Positions 53,395-64,000 of a stretch of DNA of 64,000 nucleotides are shown here, one piece after another; the stretch's first letter is position 1, and each line of letters begins with the position of its first letter. A program made the translations under genes and the position numbers. The notes beneath the pieces are model-generated. The model did no database searches. It had not been told where the DNA came from and was given only the letters and a program-made list of their open reading frames with translations. Origin of the DNA: Takakia lepidozioides (lineage: Eukaryota > Plantae > Bryophyta); assembly GCA_030704615.1 (NCBI GenBank), contig CM060732.1, positions 41,974,001-42,038,000 on the forward strand. Direction: 5' to 3'.

Positions 53395-56300
53395 GATTGC
53401 GACTCCAGGTTGATGCACCAGCTGTCCGTAGCCACTGCGCCCGCTTGCAAGCTCTAGCTCCAGGCAATGTGTTGAAAAAGAGACACTAGGTGAGCTGAGA
53501 CGAGCGCTCAGCCGAGGCGGAAGCTGAACATAATGAAGTAAGTAGAAAGATCAAGGTGCCTAAGCAAAAATTTAAAAATGAACCTCACATCTTCGATAAG
53601 ATGACAGGTTTTAGAGAACGTCGCTATCACCGTCGGGATTCATCATTCCTCATGATCCGACTCCGTTGCTGGCATGGTGCAGAGCTGTGATGATCGAGAG
53701 CACATGATAGGCAGACACACAAAGGGGATGATCTACCTCAATCCTTGATTGCACACTAGAGGCTGGAGCTTTGTGATCATCCTACCTTCCAACACCTGAT
53801 GCATGAAAACACATCGATGCATTGAGAATCACATGCAGAAAAGCATGCTATGCCAAATCCCCACGCGCAGATCGTCAAACTTCTGAGAGACAGAGAGATC
53901 TTCACGCAGCGAGGCCTCGATCAGAATGTGTGGAAGTAGATCCATGCGACAAGGGATTCCGAAAAAACACGCGGACAAAACAGCCAGGGTCACGGAAGCT
54001 GTGTTTCTCCTATCTGGAACTTTCGTCTGCGCGTCCCGACACGTCTAGGGCTCGACCCTCGTGGACAAGCCCTGTAATTGTCGGATGACAAACAATTCCG
54101 ACGGATGGTAATGGGAATCATCCATCCACACAGCCAGACCCTGAGTCCGAGAAAGAGGACGACGACTCGGCAGGGAGCATCCCTCCACACGCACACAGCA
54201 AAACTTGATGTGTTCTTCGGATTTATTCTTCGGATTTGATCTTCGGAATGGGCCATCGAGTCATCGGCAATGGCCGCCGCTCCATCTGGTAGGTTTATAC
54301 CCCTTCTCGCTTGAGCTTGAGCAATTTATGTATTTTTCTTATTTTTAATGGATCTTTGAAGAGCGGATACGTGGGGTTTCCAGTTGCATCCTTGAAGAAG
54401 ATCTGAGGGAATACTGGATGTTTTTTAAGAGGAATTTATAACAAGGTGAGCTCCCTAACGAGTTGCTTGCTTAAGAGATCACATGGCTGTTTTTGGAGTT
54501 CGCGGATTCTTCATGCTTTTGGTAGCCAGCCGTTATCCTTCTGTCTCCGTCCTCCTTCTCTTTTATGCGTTGATTTCTCTTTAAAATCAGGTTCTGCATC
54601 CAGAGGGGAAGGATCGGGTCGAGATCAAACCCATGCGTGTGCAGTGATCGAGGTGAAGACTGGAACAAATGACTTCAGAGTGAAAATTGTACAAGGAGGG
54701 TTTGGCTCTCTTTACTATGGACGCTCTATAATGGACAAGATGTGGCAGTACAAGATCTGACCAAAATGCTCAACAATGGGCTCATGAATTCTCCAATGAG
54801 GTACAGTTTTTTTGCTAATCTTGGCCAATACTGGAGACATTCCTATATTCACAGACCACATGTGTACCAGTTGGTTGGCGGTCCTGGTTTCCTGACAATG
54901 GACGTGAGCACTTGCCAAATTGCACAGGCATATGTTGTTCAGATAACTTGTGTATATATCAAGAAGGTCCAAACTGATTTGAGGACCATCTCTTCTTGTA
55001 ACTGGGATATTTTGCGATGTGCAGCTGCGGTCCTGGCAAATTTGAATGCTTGCCCCACCCATAAGACTGGGCATCTTGTAGCACTAGCTCACCTCCTAGG
55101 GTCTCTACCATGTAAGTCTCACCTCGTATTTATGTCCTCCTTGTTTCTGTCACTCAAATCAACAGTGGAAAGTTGCATGTCGGGATGAGCTGCTTCCTCT
55201 AAGTGACATTCATGTATCTGAAAGTCGATGGGTTACTTTGTAAAAGCAACTGCCTTAGTGTTGGATCCCTCATGATACGTGTTGCGGTGGACATCAGTAA
55301 GCTCTCAAACAGAAAATTGATTGGGCCCGGATAGGAGACCTTTCTGTTATCATGACTTGAAAAGGATTCCCGATTCTGAGAGTTCAACTGACATTTTATT
55401 GAAATTGGTTGCATTTGTCAAAAATATTTGGTGCATCTTGAACCTGACACTTGAAATTCTGTGATACATTTCTAGTGGTTAATCTGAAATTTCCGTACTA
55501 TTTGTGCACATATTGAGCTGATTAAGTTTCACAATCGTGCAATGAATAGAAGTCCATGAATCTGAAATTAGGTCTGGAGGTTGTGATCATTTGTCCTTGA
55601 ATGTAAATTTATCACGAAGTTGTTTGTGGCGTTGAATAGCGTGGCTTGAAAGGATACCCGATTTGAGCCAATGAAAGACCTTCAACAATTGTGAGCCAGC
55701 ATGTTTAAATCTGAAACTCTATAATAGCCCACTATCATGATTCTGATGTTGCTGGTCGGATGGTGAAATGACAGGCACCTACGAAACAATGCTTTTACTG
55801 GTCCTTTCGCAGACTCACAAGAACTTCTTTGAAATTGGTGTCAGGTCTGGGTATTGAGCTAATGTGGAATTTTGACTTGATATTGTCACAGTTTAAAACG
55901 TACATCACATAATCTGCTGTTATTTCTTAGACTTACAATTTTTCAAGTCTATCTTCTCGGCAGGGGCCTGATACCTCGACTTCAACATGTTTCCAATCCA
56001 CAAACCCCCTGAAATCTCAGATGTTTGAATTGTCTGGCTGTCAACAGTACAGTCGACTAACTCCAGAGTGTCTTTTGGAAATGTCTGACCTGCATTTGCT
56101 TGTGCAGATTCCTGCAGTACAAATGGAAATGTACCCCAGGCCCTTCTTACAAGAACAACCTTCAACACTAAGTAAATGCTCAACCGTGGCCCGCACTGGC
56201 AATTGTATTCTGCACGTTATTTCAGTTTGGCAGAGAAGGTGACACATCCACTTTTACAATGTGTCAAAAACATGAATGATACTTCAAGTACATAAACTTG

Positions 56301-57099
56301 GAATTATTTTGTGGTGATTCACAGCTCATGATGTTCCATGGTGTGTTATGACCATGTGGCAGTATCACTTGTGCTCAATGAGGTCCAGCATTAATCTTGG
56401 TGTTATCTTGCGTGCAGCGGTTGGGGTATATTTGTCCTTTTGCTTCTCACACTCAATAATTTATTTTCACTGTATCCAACAACATTGAAACCTTTACTGC
56501 CAAATAACTTCAGAGCTATACTTTATCCAGTTCTGCCAAACATTACAGGTTTCCAATTTGTATACTGTTATGAATCCGAAGAGATGGGTAGTCTTAAACA
56601 AGGACCATTCCTCCTCACCAATGTATAGACTTAAATTCCACACACGATGACATTCCCAGGGCAATGTCCTGCACAAGGTGCAAGACTCTTTGTTGTTACA
56701 CTGAGATCTAGCCTAAGGTCTGGTCAAAAGTAACTGGCCCCCTCCTGGCACCAACACAGATGATTCTCGTTCTGAATTGTGCATGCAGGTAACGATTGCT
56801 GAAAACAATGGGAACTTCCGCTTGGTGGATTACTAACATACTCTGAATTGCTTACGATATGAACGTTTCAGAGTAATTGTTTGAGGTGTAAGGTTCGATG
56901 TGCCTGGACCCTACTAAAATTATGCCCTTTGCACACAATTATTCCCTTCAGAGTTGGGCATGTAACACATCTTTTCAATTCTGTGTGCATGCACCATGAG
57001 TGTTGTTTTCGGAAAGGACTCAGATCGAGTAGATATGAAATTTTTGGAGATGTGAAGGACAGAAGAGCAGGACGATCCAAGAGGCGCCGGGTGGACTCG

Positions 57100-57217
57100 T
57101 TGAGCAGAATCCACTAAACCAGAGAAGCTTCCCTCGCAGCTCATGATGTTCCATGGTGTGGTATGACCATGTGGCAATATCACTGGAACCTTCTCTGGTT
57201 TAGTGGATACTGCTCAA
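57100..57217. ncRNA. Candidate pre-miRNA/hairpin RNA (copy A)
   Basis: 28-nt arms TTGAGCAGAATCCACTAAACCAGAGAAG / CTTCTCTGGTTTAGTGGATACTGCTCAA (1 mismatch) plus an inner stem TGATGTTCCATGGT / ACCATGTGGCAATATCA. Confidence 0.45.
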
Positions 57218-57361
57218 TGTGTGGACCCGACATGCTATTTGTTTTTTGTTTTGTGTGATTGTAGCCTTTGGTCATCTCTGTCGGCCCTGAAATGAAATTA
57301 TGTGGAGATGTTAAGGACAGTATGAAGAGCAGGACGATCCAAGAGGCGCCGGGTGGACTCG

Positions 57362-57479
57362 TTGAGCAGAATCCTCTAAACCAGAGAAGCTTCCCTCACA
57401 GCTCGTGATGTTCCATGGTGTGGTATGACCATGTGGCAATATCACTGGAACCTTCTCTGGTCTAGTGGATTCTGCTCAA
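57362..57479. ncRNA. Candidate pre-miRNA/hairpin RNA (copy B)
   Basis: Same fold as copy A with 2 mismatches in the outer stem. Confidence 0.45.
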
Positions 57480-57762
57480 TGAGGGTGCCGGGTGCCAGGT
57501 TGATTGTGCTCAAGTGTGGACCTGACATGCTATTTGTTTTGTGTGATTGGGGAAAGAGGCAAGAGTCAAATTTCCTCTCCACCAGGGGGAGATGCCAGCC
57601 ATAGCCTTTGGTCATTTCTGTAGGCCCTGATCTTTATTTCTTCCAAGTGCCTTTGAAAGCAACTCGTTGTATATGCCACAAATTCTCTGAGTGTGTCCTC
57701 AGGCAAACAGATTCTCAGAAACTTAGTCCCTCAACGGGCTGTAAGTTCTGCTGAAGGGGAGT

Positions 57763-58746
57763 CTACTCAGTCATAGCATCAAGCTTTAATTCTTTCAGCT
57801 GGATCCGAAGCTCCAGCTCCTTCACCTTCAGTGCCATAATATCGCGCTTGATGCGCAAGATGGAGAGCTGCACGGCCCGGAGAGCCTTCTGCACATGTCC
57901 AAAACAAGAATAACATAAGAGCAAATCTTGGAGAAACAAGTCAATGCTATTTCACTGAAGTAGGAAATGATAACAACCAACCTGCAGGGCTGTAAAGGGC
58001 TCCAAAGACTGAAATTTGGGGGATTTACCTTGTGTGCCTGCTGGGCAGCACGCATGGCGGATTCCAGACGCTCCGCCCGCTCCTGGGCACGAGAAGGTGC
58101 CACGGGGATGGATGATCTCTGTGAACCACGGGCAGAGGACTCTGCAGCGTCTGAGGTCATTTTATGTGGGATCTGCGATCCCTGTGAGCCATCCGACGAG
58201 TCTGACTTGAGCTCAGATTCGCACATTGTGTGGTCCTCCTCCTCGGAAGAATAACCTTCTGTCTCCAAGAAAACAATGAAACACCAATGTACTCATTCTA
58301 CATGTGGCCAGTCCCACAGAGAGAACGTTCTTGAAACATGAAATTCAGAAGACTCTCTCTGAAACACTAGAACCGTGTGATCATCGGCATAATCATCTCT
58401 GATCTCATGAACTCAAGAAACTACCTGAACATACATATAAGATTGACGATGTCAAACTGAAAGAGCTAGGAGTAATTACTTACACAACTGCAACACTGCA
58501 ATTAACTCTGCCTTCTACGGCAAATCTTAAAATTGAGAGTGATTTTCTACCTTCCATTGCGTAGGATGGTAGGCCAAGGTGCACGAGTGTCTGTGCAACC
58601 CCATGTTCCCCATCGGTGGGTGCAGGAGCTTGCGGTGCTTGCTCCGGCTGCACGTTTCCAGGGTTCCTTGGAACTCCAATCCTCTGGAGGAAGTTGGTTC
58701 CCTCCATCTGCTGAAAGGTGAACTCCTTCACCTTGGGATTGACCAT
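57763..58746 (-). CDS. Uncharacterised 183-aa protein, disordered acidic/Ser-rich middle and C-terminal coiled coil
   Basis: Exons 58746-58551, 58258-58029, 57888-57763 join in frame through canonical GT-AG introns (552 nt); ends KALRAVQLSILRIKRDIMALKVKELELRIQLKELKLDAMTE*. Confidence 0.65.
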
Positions 58747-60384
58747 CGTTCTGGACAGGAAGTTGGAGCTATGCCAGGCTCTCTCTCCTTCTCTCGCAGA
58801 GCTCAGAACGCACAGCTCTCAGAACGGGGCTTGACTCAAAACGAAACCAGTGCGCCTGGATGGCATCCAACAGGAAGTGAGACGACATATAAAGGAAAAA
58901 AACAAATGAGTTGGCCTAATCCTGACCACACTTAGTGCGATCGTACTCTCTAAAGTAATTGGAGCCAGAGTTTACTCCCATTTACCATCCTCCTTATTTA
59001 TCTGTATATTATATGGCCCAAGGAAGATGCTTGTGGGGAACATGGGAACGGATAACTTCAATGCGGCCACAAATGACATTAGCTGTGTTTTGCCGAGACA
59101 AATATGTCGGCATCGTCCAAATCATTGCATCACAGAGGAGTCGGAGTACCTTGCTCCTATCATTTGAAGGAAAGGGAGATTTGTCCGGTGTAATGCTAGT
59201 GCATCGCAAAGTCGTTCTAATAAGTCTCCAGTAGGTTCCAGAGAACACTGGGAACAACATGGGGTGGGGCTCACTGGTCACTCACTATCACTCTGCCTGC
59301 ATCCAAGTACCGCGATTTAATCTGTAATGATCCATTTCTGTGGAATCGATTCTGAAGAGATTTACTGCAAGAAATGACAAGCTGTCTAGTTATTCATGAT
59401 CGATTCTCCCACGATTTACTGGAAAGTGTCCAGTAGATCTTTTGAGAGTTCACATGGCCTGTTGATGTGAACTGCTGTTTGTACACAACCCCTTCTCCGC
59501 AACCAAAGCTGCTTCCTAAGAACTTTCTTCTTGCCGCCTCACCTCTATTGAGAACGACTCAGGCTTAAAAAATTGCCTGGTACATGTGCCCCACGAGGAC
59601 CAGCCATGACTGGAACCCGTCCTTCTTCTCCGGTCTCACGACAAAATAACAAATTAATACGTCACCAAGTTGCGCAATTTAAATTGACAGCCCTGGGCCT
59701 GCAGCACAGAGGGCTCTAAATCTTGTGTGCAGAAATTTCAGTACCTGCAGATTGGGGCCGTAACTGATCATCGGCTTATGTACAAGCCTCTTCTGCACTC
59801 GGTGGACTTTGAATCAACCGCCCAGTGCTTAATCAGATGATCAACCAGCTAACCACGAGGATTGAGCCTCTCTTATCTGCCTCTGAAGATGAGAGCGCTG
59901 CAGTAGGGCCCCGTCGTTCGTCGCTCGAACGACGGGCCACCCTCCACCTACTCAACCGGAAATATTCCGGCTTCCTCTCCCTCATGGACGGGACAGCCGC
60001 GTCCGGCGGCCAGCGACGGATGGAATCCGTCGGATGGAGGTACGGATATGCCATGCAGCGGGACCACGTCGTGGCCACGTTGTATTATTGGCCCGGCCGT
60101 CCCGTGCCAATCCTCGTGTTCACACATGCACCGTCCCTTTTTTGAAATTCTTTATTAGTTTCCCTGCACTGAAAATGACTAATCATTTATTATATTTGGC
60201 AGGCGCCGCAGGATGCGCATGGGTCATGGCTTGATGCCTTCATGCCTTCATGCCGTGGTCAATACACTTTTGACCAGTACCATCATGTATGGTCATCACC
60301 GTATACCCCCGGTTGCGACCTTTTTGTGTATCAGTATGTACTAAGTATCAATATACGGACTATGTGAGGACGTGGATGATGTAA

Positions 60385-60520
60385 GCGAGTCATCCACCAT
60401 CCATCTACTCCGCCCCGGTTACCACATAGCTGAGGATGGGGGCGACCCATCCATCCACTAGGACCGGTTAACACATAATCGGGGCTAGTGGTGACTCATC
60501 CATCCACTCGCACCAGTCAT
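60385..60520. repeat. Degenerate ~50-bp tandem repeat
   Basis: CATCCATC(C/T)ACT...CCGGTTA..ACATA recurring about 2.5 times. Confidence 0.6.
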
Positions 60521-60782
60521 GGATGAAAAATGAATGGATTTGAACAGATGCTGCTCCTCACTGATGAATAACCGAGCTCATCCATAACGAAGCCCTCGCA
60601 CCACAGTTATGGTCAGCACTGAGTACAAACTCGGGGACATTACAAATTGGCAGCATAGGATAGCCGAGGCCTGGTGGGAAAGATACAACACCTCTATCAT
60701 ATGCCGCCCATTGAGCGGATTATTGTCCACATATCCGGCAACATAACATATTGCAGACCGGTGCAAGCAAACATACAATGTG

Positions 60783-60903
60783 TCCTATGCGCGACCATTT
60801 TAATGGAATATTTATGGACGTATGTGAGGATGTATCCTATGCACGACCATTTAATGGAATATTTATGGACGTATGTGAGGATGTATCCTATGCGCGACCA
60901 TTT
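60783..60903. repeat. ~51-bp tandem repeat (~2.3 copies)
   Basis: TCCTATGC(G/A)CGACCATTTAATGGAATATTTATGGACGTATGTGAGGATGTA repeated. Confidence 0.92.
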
Positions 60904-62537
60904 CCCGGAAGATTGTCTATGTATGTGCGGACACCCAACCGCCCCACTACATCACTGGGTATCGTATCAAATCGAATGTGGATGGTGGAGCAGTGTGGGT
61001 TTGAACCCAGCACTCGCTGCACAGATGGGCTCGTCCCTATCTTCTGACACTGCTGCACGATCTCACACGCGTGAAAGAGTATGGAGGGCCAGGATGGGCC
61101 GACACTTTTCGTCAGAGAGTGTCGGGGAGCCACGTGTGTCATAATGGCGCGCCCTGGCCTGTCGGAGGGGGTGCGTACCCCTCGGCCCTAAAGACGGGAA
61201 AGACGAAGGGGTTGGGTAAAAGGTGGGAGCTGGTCAAGTAAATCTTTTACCTACGTTGCATGTATTTTTCCTACCGAGGACCGACGGGCGCGTGGCAGGA
61301 CGTGGTTGGGTGGAGAGAGAGGGCAAGGAGGCAGCTTCTCGCATATTTCTGGGCGCAGTCCCGTGATTGAGTCTCACTCTCATTTCTCGTTTGCTCTCGT
61401 TTGCTCAGGGCTTTCTTGTGAGTGCGCTGTGAGAGGGAGGACTGTGAAGGTGCTCAACATCAGGTACTGTCGTGGTGGTCTGCAGTACTGTTCGTGGGAA
61501 CTCCTGGGTCCCCTCTCTGATCAGCGTCCCTCCTCGGTTCTATCCATTCACGGGCCTAGAAGCATTTTGTAGTCCGACTGCGTGCAACTGACGAGGGGTC
61601 TCTCAGATGTCCCTCAGATGTCCTGAATTCGTCTTGAATGTAGAGAGCACATGTGTTTTGTGCACGACGCACTAACTGCAGAGGGAACGGGGTGGTTGTT
61701 TGTGTCTGTGGGCTGTTTCTGTTTGTTTTGTGTATGTGCAAGAGATAGAGAGTGTTTTACTCTGCTTCTAGATATGCTTTCGTTCTAGAAGAGAAACACA
61801 GTTTGTAAAGGTTGTATGTTGTGGTGCTGAAACATGGCGTCTCATACACCGTTAGTAGCTTTGGTAGGTATTGCTGGACTGTGCTTCTTCACACAGGTAT
61901 ACTGTTGTAGTTCTTTAGTCATTCTGTAGTGTTGCAGGTTATTTGTTTGTGCACAGGATGAGTGGAAAAGGTGGAAGCTTGGGTTCAGCCAACATTGTCT
62001 TTGTCCCTCAACGTCCCCTATTGTTTACTTAGGACATGCTATAGTTGTGATCTACTACTGTGAACTGTCACTGACAATTTCAGAAGAGTATGGACTATAG
62101 TATACCAGCTTAGCGGCTGCATATGTTGTGTAGCTGATTCCACGTACTTCTTAGGCTGTAGTCGGCTCGATCCAGCTTCACCAGTTGGAGGTCTCGCCCA
62201 ATTCGACCCTCAGAGCCTGTCTCTATAGATACAGTTCAGTTTCCTCACGAGAGATTAGGAGAGGAAGACAGATCATTCTATATTACCACTACGTGGCCCT
62301 TCCGGGCCTGCATCCTGTCTCCTTCTCTCTCTACATCTGAAGCTTTGGTTTGTTGTGGAGATCCCTAGGTAGGAGTTTGTGATCGTGGATCTGCATTGCT
62401 GTTGATTAAAGAGGCAGAGACTAAGACAGGAATCTTGACTCGTAGCAGTACTAGCTCAGCAGAATCTGCGGTTACCTTACAGAGTTTTCTCTCTCCTTTT
62501 GTGCAGGTTTGGCTTTTCTCGTCCTTTTGCTGCAAGT

Positions 62538-63564
62538 ATGTGGAATCTTAATGAGCTCCCTGCAGAAGCAGACATGGAATACTACCCACAGACACCGATC
62601 ACCGAAACGTATTTCCCCATAGTCCCTGAAGGGGCGCCGTCGGACAGTGAGAGCTCCAACGTCCAGTCACCACATGAACGTGCTTCCTTCTGTTCCCCAG
62701 ATCAGCCATCTCATGAGGTGTTGCGCGCATTGAGTGTAGGAAGTAACGTCGATTCTGGAAGTACTCTTTCCCAGCAGCCATCTCCTATGACAATCACCCC
62801 TGGAATGGAAAACCAACCTGGAGAAGGGGTGGTCGACTATTACGGTGGGGAGACTCTCGGCCAGAATCATGTTGCTTCGGTCTTGGCTGCAAGACAGATA
62901 TTCGCACAGCAGGTGCCCCACTCAGTCCGGAGGTTACATGCCTATTTGTATTGATCCCAGGACCACATTTTGTGAGACCTTTAGGATGTCTTTTAATCTG
63001 TAATTTCTTTGCGAGTTCTTTCCAAATATTGAAACCTCTGACAATTGGGACATTGTAAACCTGGATGTCGACAGGATGCGGCTTCTGTGGAACCAGCCAC
63101 GCGTCTGAAGGGAAAAAGACAATCCCGCCATGGGCCCAAGCCGAAGAGCTCCGACTTCCGGGGTGTCACTCACTACCAGCGCACCAATCGCTGGGAGTCC
63201 CACATCTGGTCAGTGATTCCCGCATGTCTCTCAGTCTCTTTCAACTGGATTTAGTCATGATTTTCTATCTGATAATCTTTGTGTACCAAGCCTCTTGAAT
63301 CATGGTTGCCCCACACGTTGCAGTAGGATCCCTGAGCGCTCTCTCACATGCAGCTACAAGTACGTCAGATGCATGTATACTGACAGTGCTCAGGTTCTTT
63401 TGTTCTCTGGAACGAAAAACCGTAGAAGAGGGTATTATATGGCTAAGTTCAAGTGGTCTCTGGTGTGCATGCAAGGAGGGTGGAAGAGTACCAGGTGTAT
63501 TAAACTGTATGCTCTTGCTTGTGTGTGTGCTTTGGCAGGGGCGCAAACAAACAGATCTATCTGG
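62538..63564 (+). CDS. AP2: euAP2-lineage APETALA2-like transcription factor, 5' part (continues beyond the window)
   Basis: Exons 62538-62912 (MWNLN motif), 63075-63208 ([34 protein letters not shown]) and a 26-nt microexon 63539-63564 (GANKQIYLG), the characteristic AP2 R1 exon structure. Confidence 0.88.
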
Positions 63565-63574
63565 GTTAGTCCTT

Positions 63575-63880
63575 TAGTTGCCTCGTACATCATAGGATTC
63601 TTGCTTCGTTGCCTCGTATATCATAGGATTATTGTTTCGTTGCCCTCGTATGTAATGTGATTCTTGTCGGTGAATCCTTTCGTTGCCCTCGTATGTGATG
63701 TGATTCTTGTCGGTGAATCCTTTCGTTGTCCTCGTATGTAATGGGATTCTTGTTTCGTTGCCCTCGTATGTAATGTGGTCTGTAATGTGGTCTTGTCGGT
63801 GAATCCTTTCGTTGCCCTCGTATGTGATGTGATTCTTGTCGGTGAATCCTTTCCGTTGCCTCGTATGTAATGGCTTGTCG
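63575..63880. repeat. Intronic minisatellite, 31-54 bp units (modal 43 bp), about 8 copies
   Basis: TTCGTTGCCCTCGTATGT(A/G)ATGTGATTCTTGTCGGTGAATCCT core; unit starts near 63607, 63638, 63681, 63724, 63756, 63810, 63854. Confidence 0.92.
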
Positions 63881-64000
63881 GAATGCAAGTACGATGTTGG
63901 ATTTCCCAGGGACAAATAGCTTACAACCTAAAAACATTCTGTAATAATCTCTTTCTTGGACATCTGCAAAGTCTTTGACAGTTCCCATAGAAGTAGCGAT

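Larger units (their letters stand above)
57035..57630. repeat. ~262-bp tandem duplication, each unit containing a long hairpin
   Basis: GAAGAGCAGGACGATCCAAGAGGCGCCGGGTGGACTCGTTGAGCAGAATCC... occurs twice with a period of 262 bp. Confidence 0.92.

Noticed and set aside
54446-56250. Possible gene divergent from MED13 (148-aa ORF at 54742 and others)
   Set aside because: No recognisable motifs and no consistent exon chain could be built; a lncRNA cannot be excluded.
57160-57183. Assignment of the hairpin to miR171
   Set aside because: Only the 3' GCAATATC-like end resembles it; there are too many differences in the 5' region.
63574-63988. Repetitive ORFs on the minus strand (HITYEGNERIHRQ...)
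   Set aside because: Translation of the intronic minisatellite.

Overview
Eukaryotic, intron-rich land-plant nuclear DNA (protein similarities suggest a bryophyte/non-seed-plant grade; this is inference). Five spliced protein-coding genes were reconstructed by hand from splice junctions: (1) N-acetylglutamate synthase (minus, 3' end outside the window, includes a GC-AG intron); (2) OSBP-related protein ORP3 (minus, 10 exons, 505 aa); (3) Mediator subunit MED13 (minus, ~22 kb); (4) an unrecognised 3-exon gene encoding 183 aa with a coiled-coil C-terminus (minus); (5) the 5' part of a euAP2-type transcription factor (plus). Intergenic space carries decayed DNA transposons: a pogo/DDE_1 transposase, a hAT-like transposase and a TTAA-flanked TIR element. 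The most striking feature is a non-LTR retrotransposon family whose ORF stops ~6 nt before a (TC)n tract. It inserts repeatedly at (TC)n sites, building head-to-tail intronic arrays whose insertion order can be read from nested target-site duplications. A tandemly duplicated ~118-nt near-perfect hairpin (pre-miRNA-like) lies downstream of the orphan gene. No prokaryotic systems, CRISPR arrays, rRNA or tRNA were recognised.
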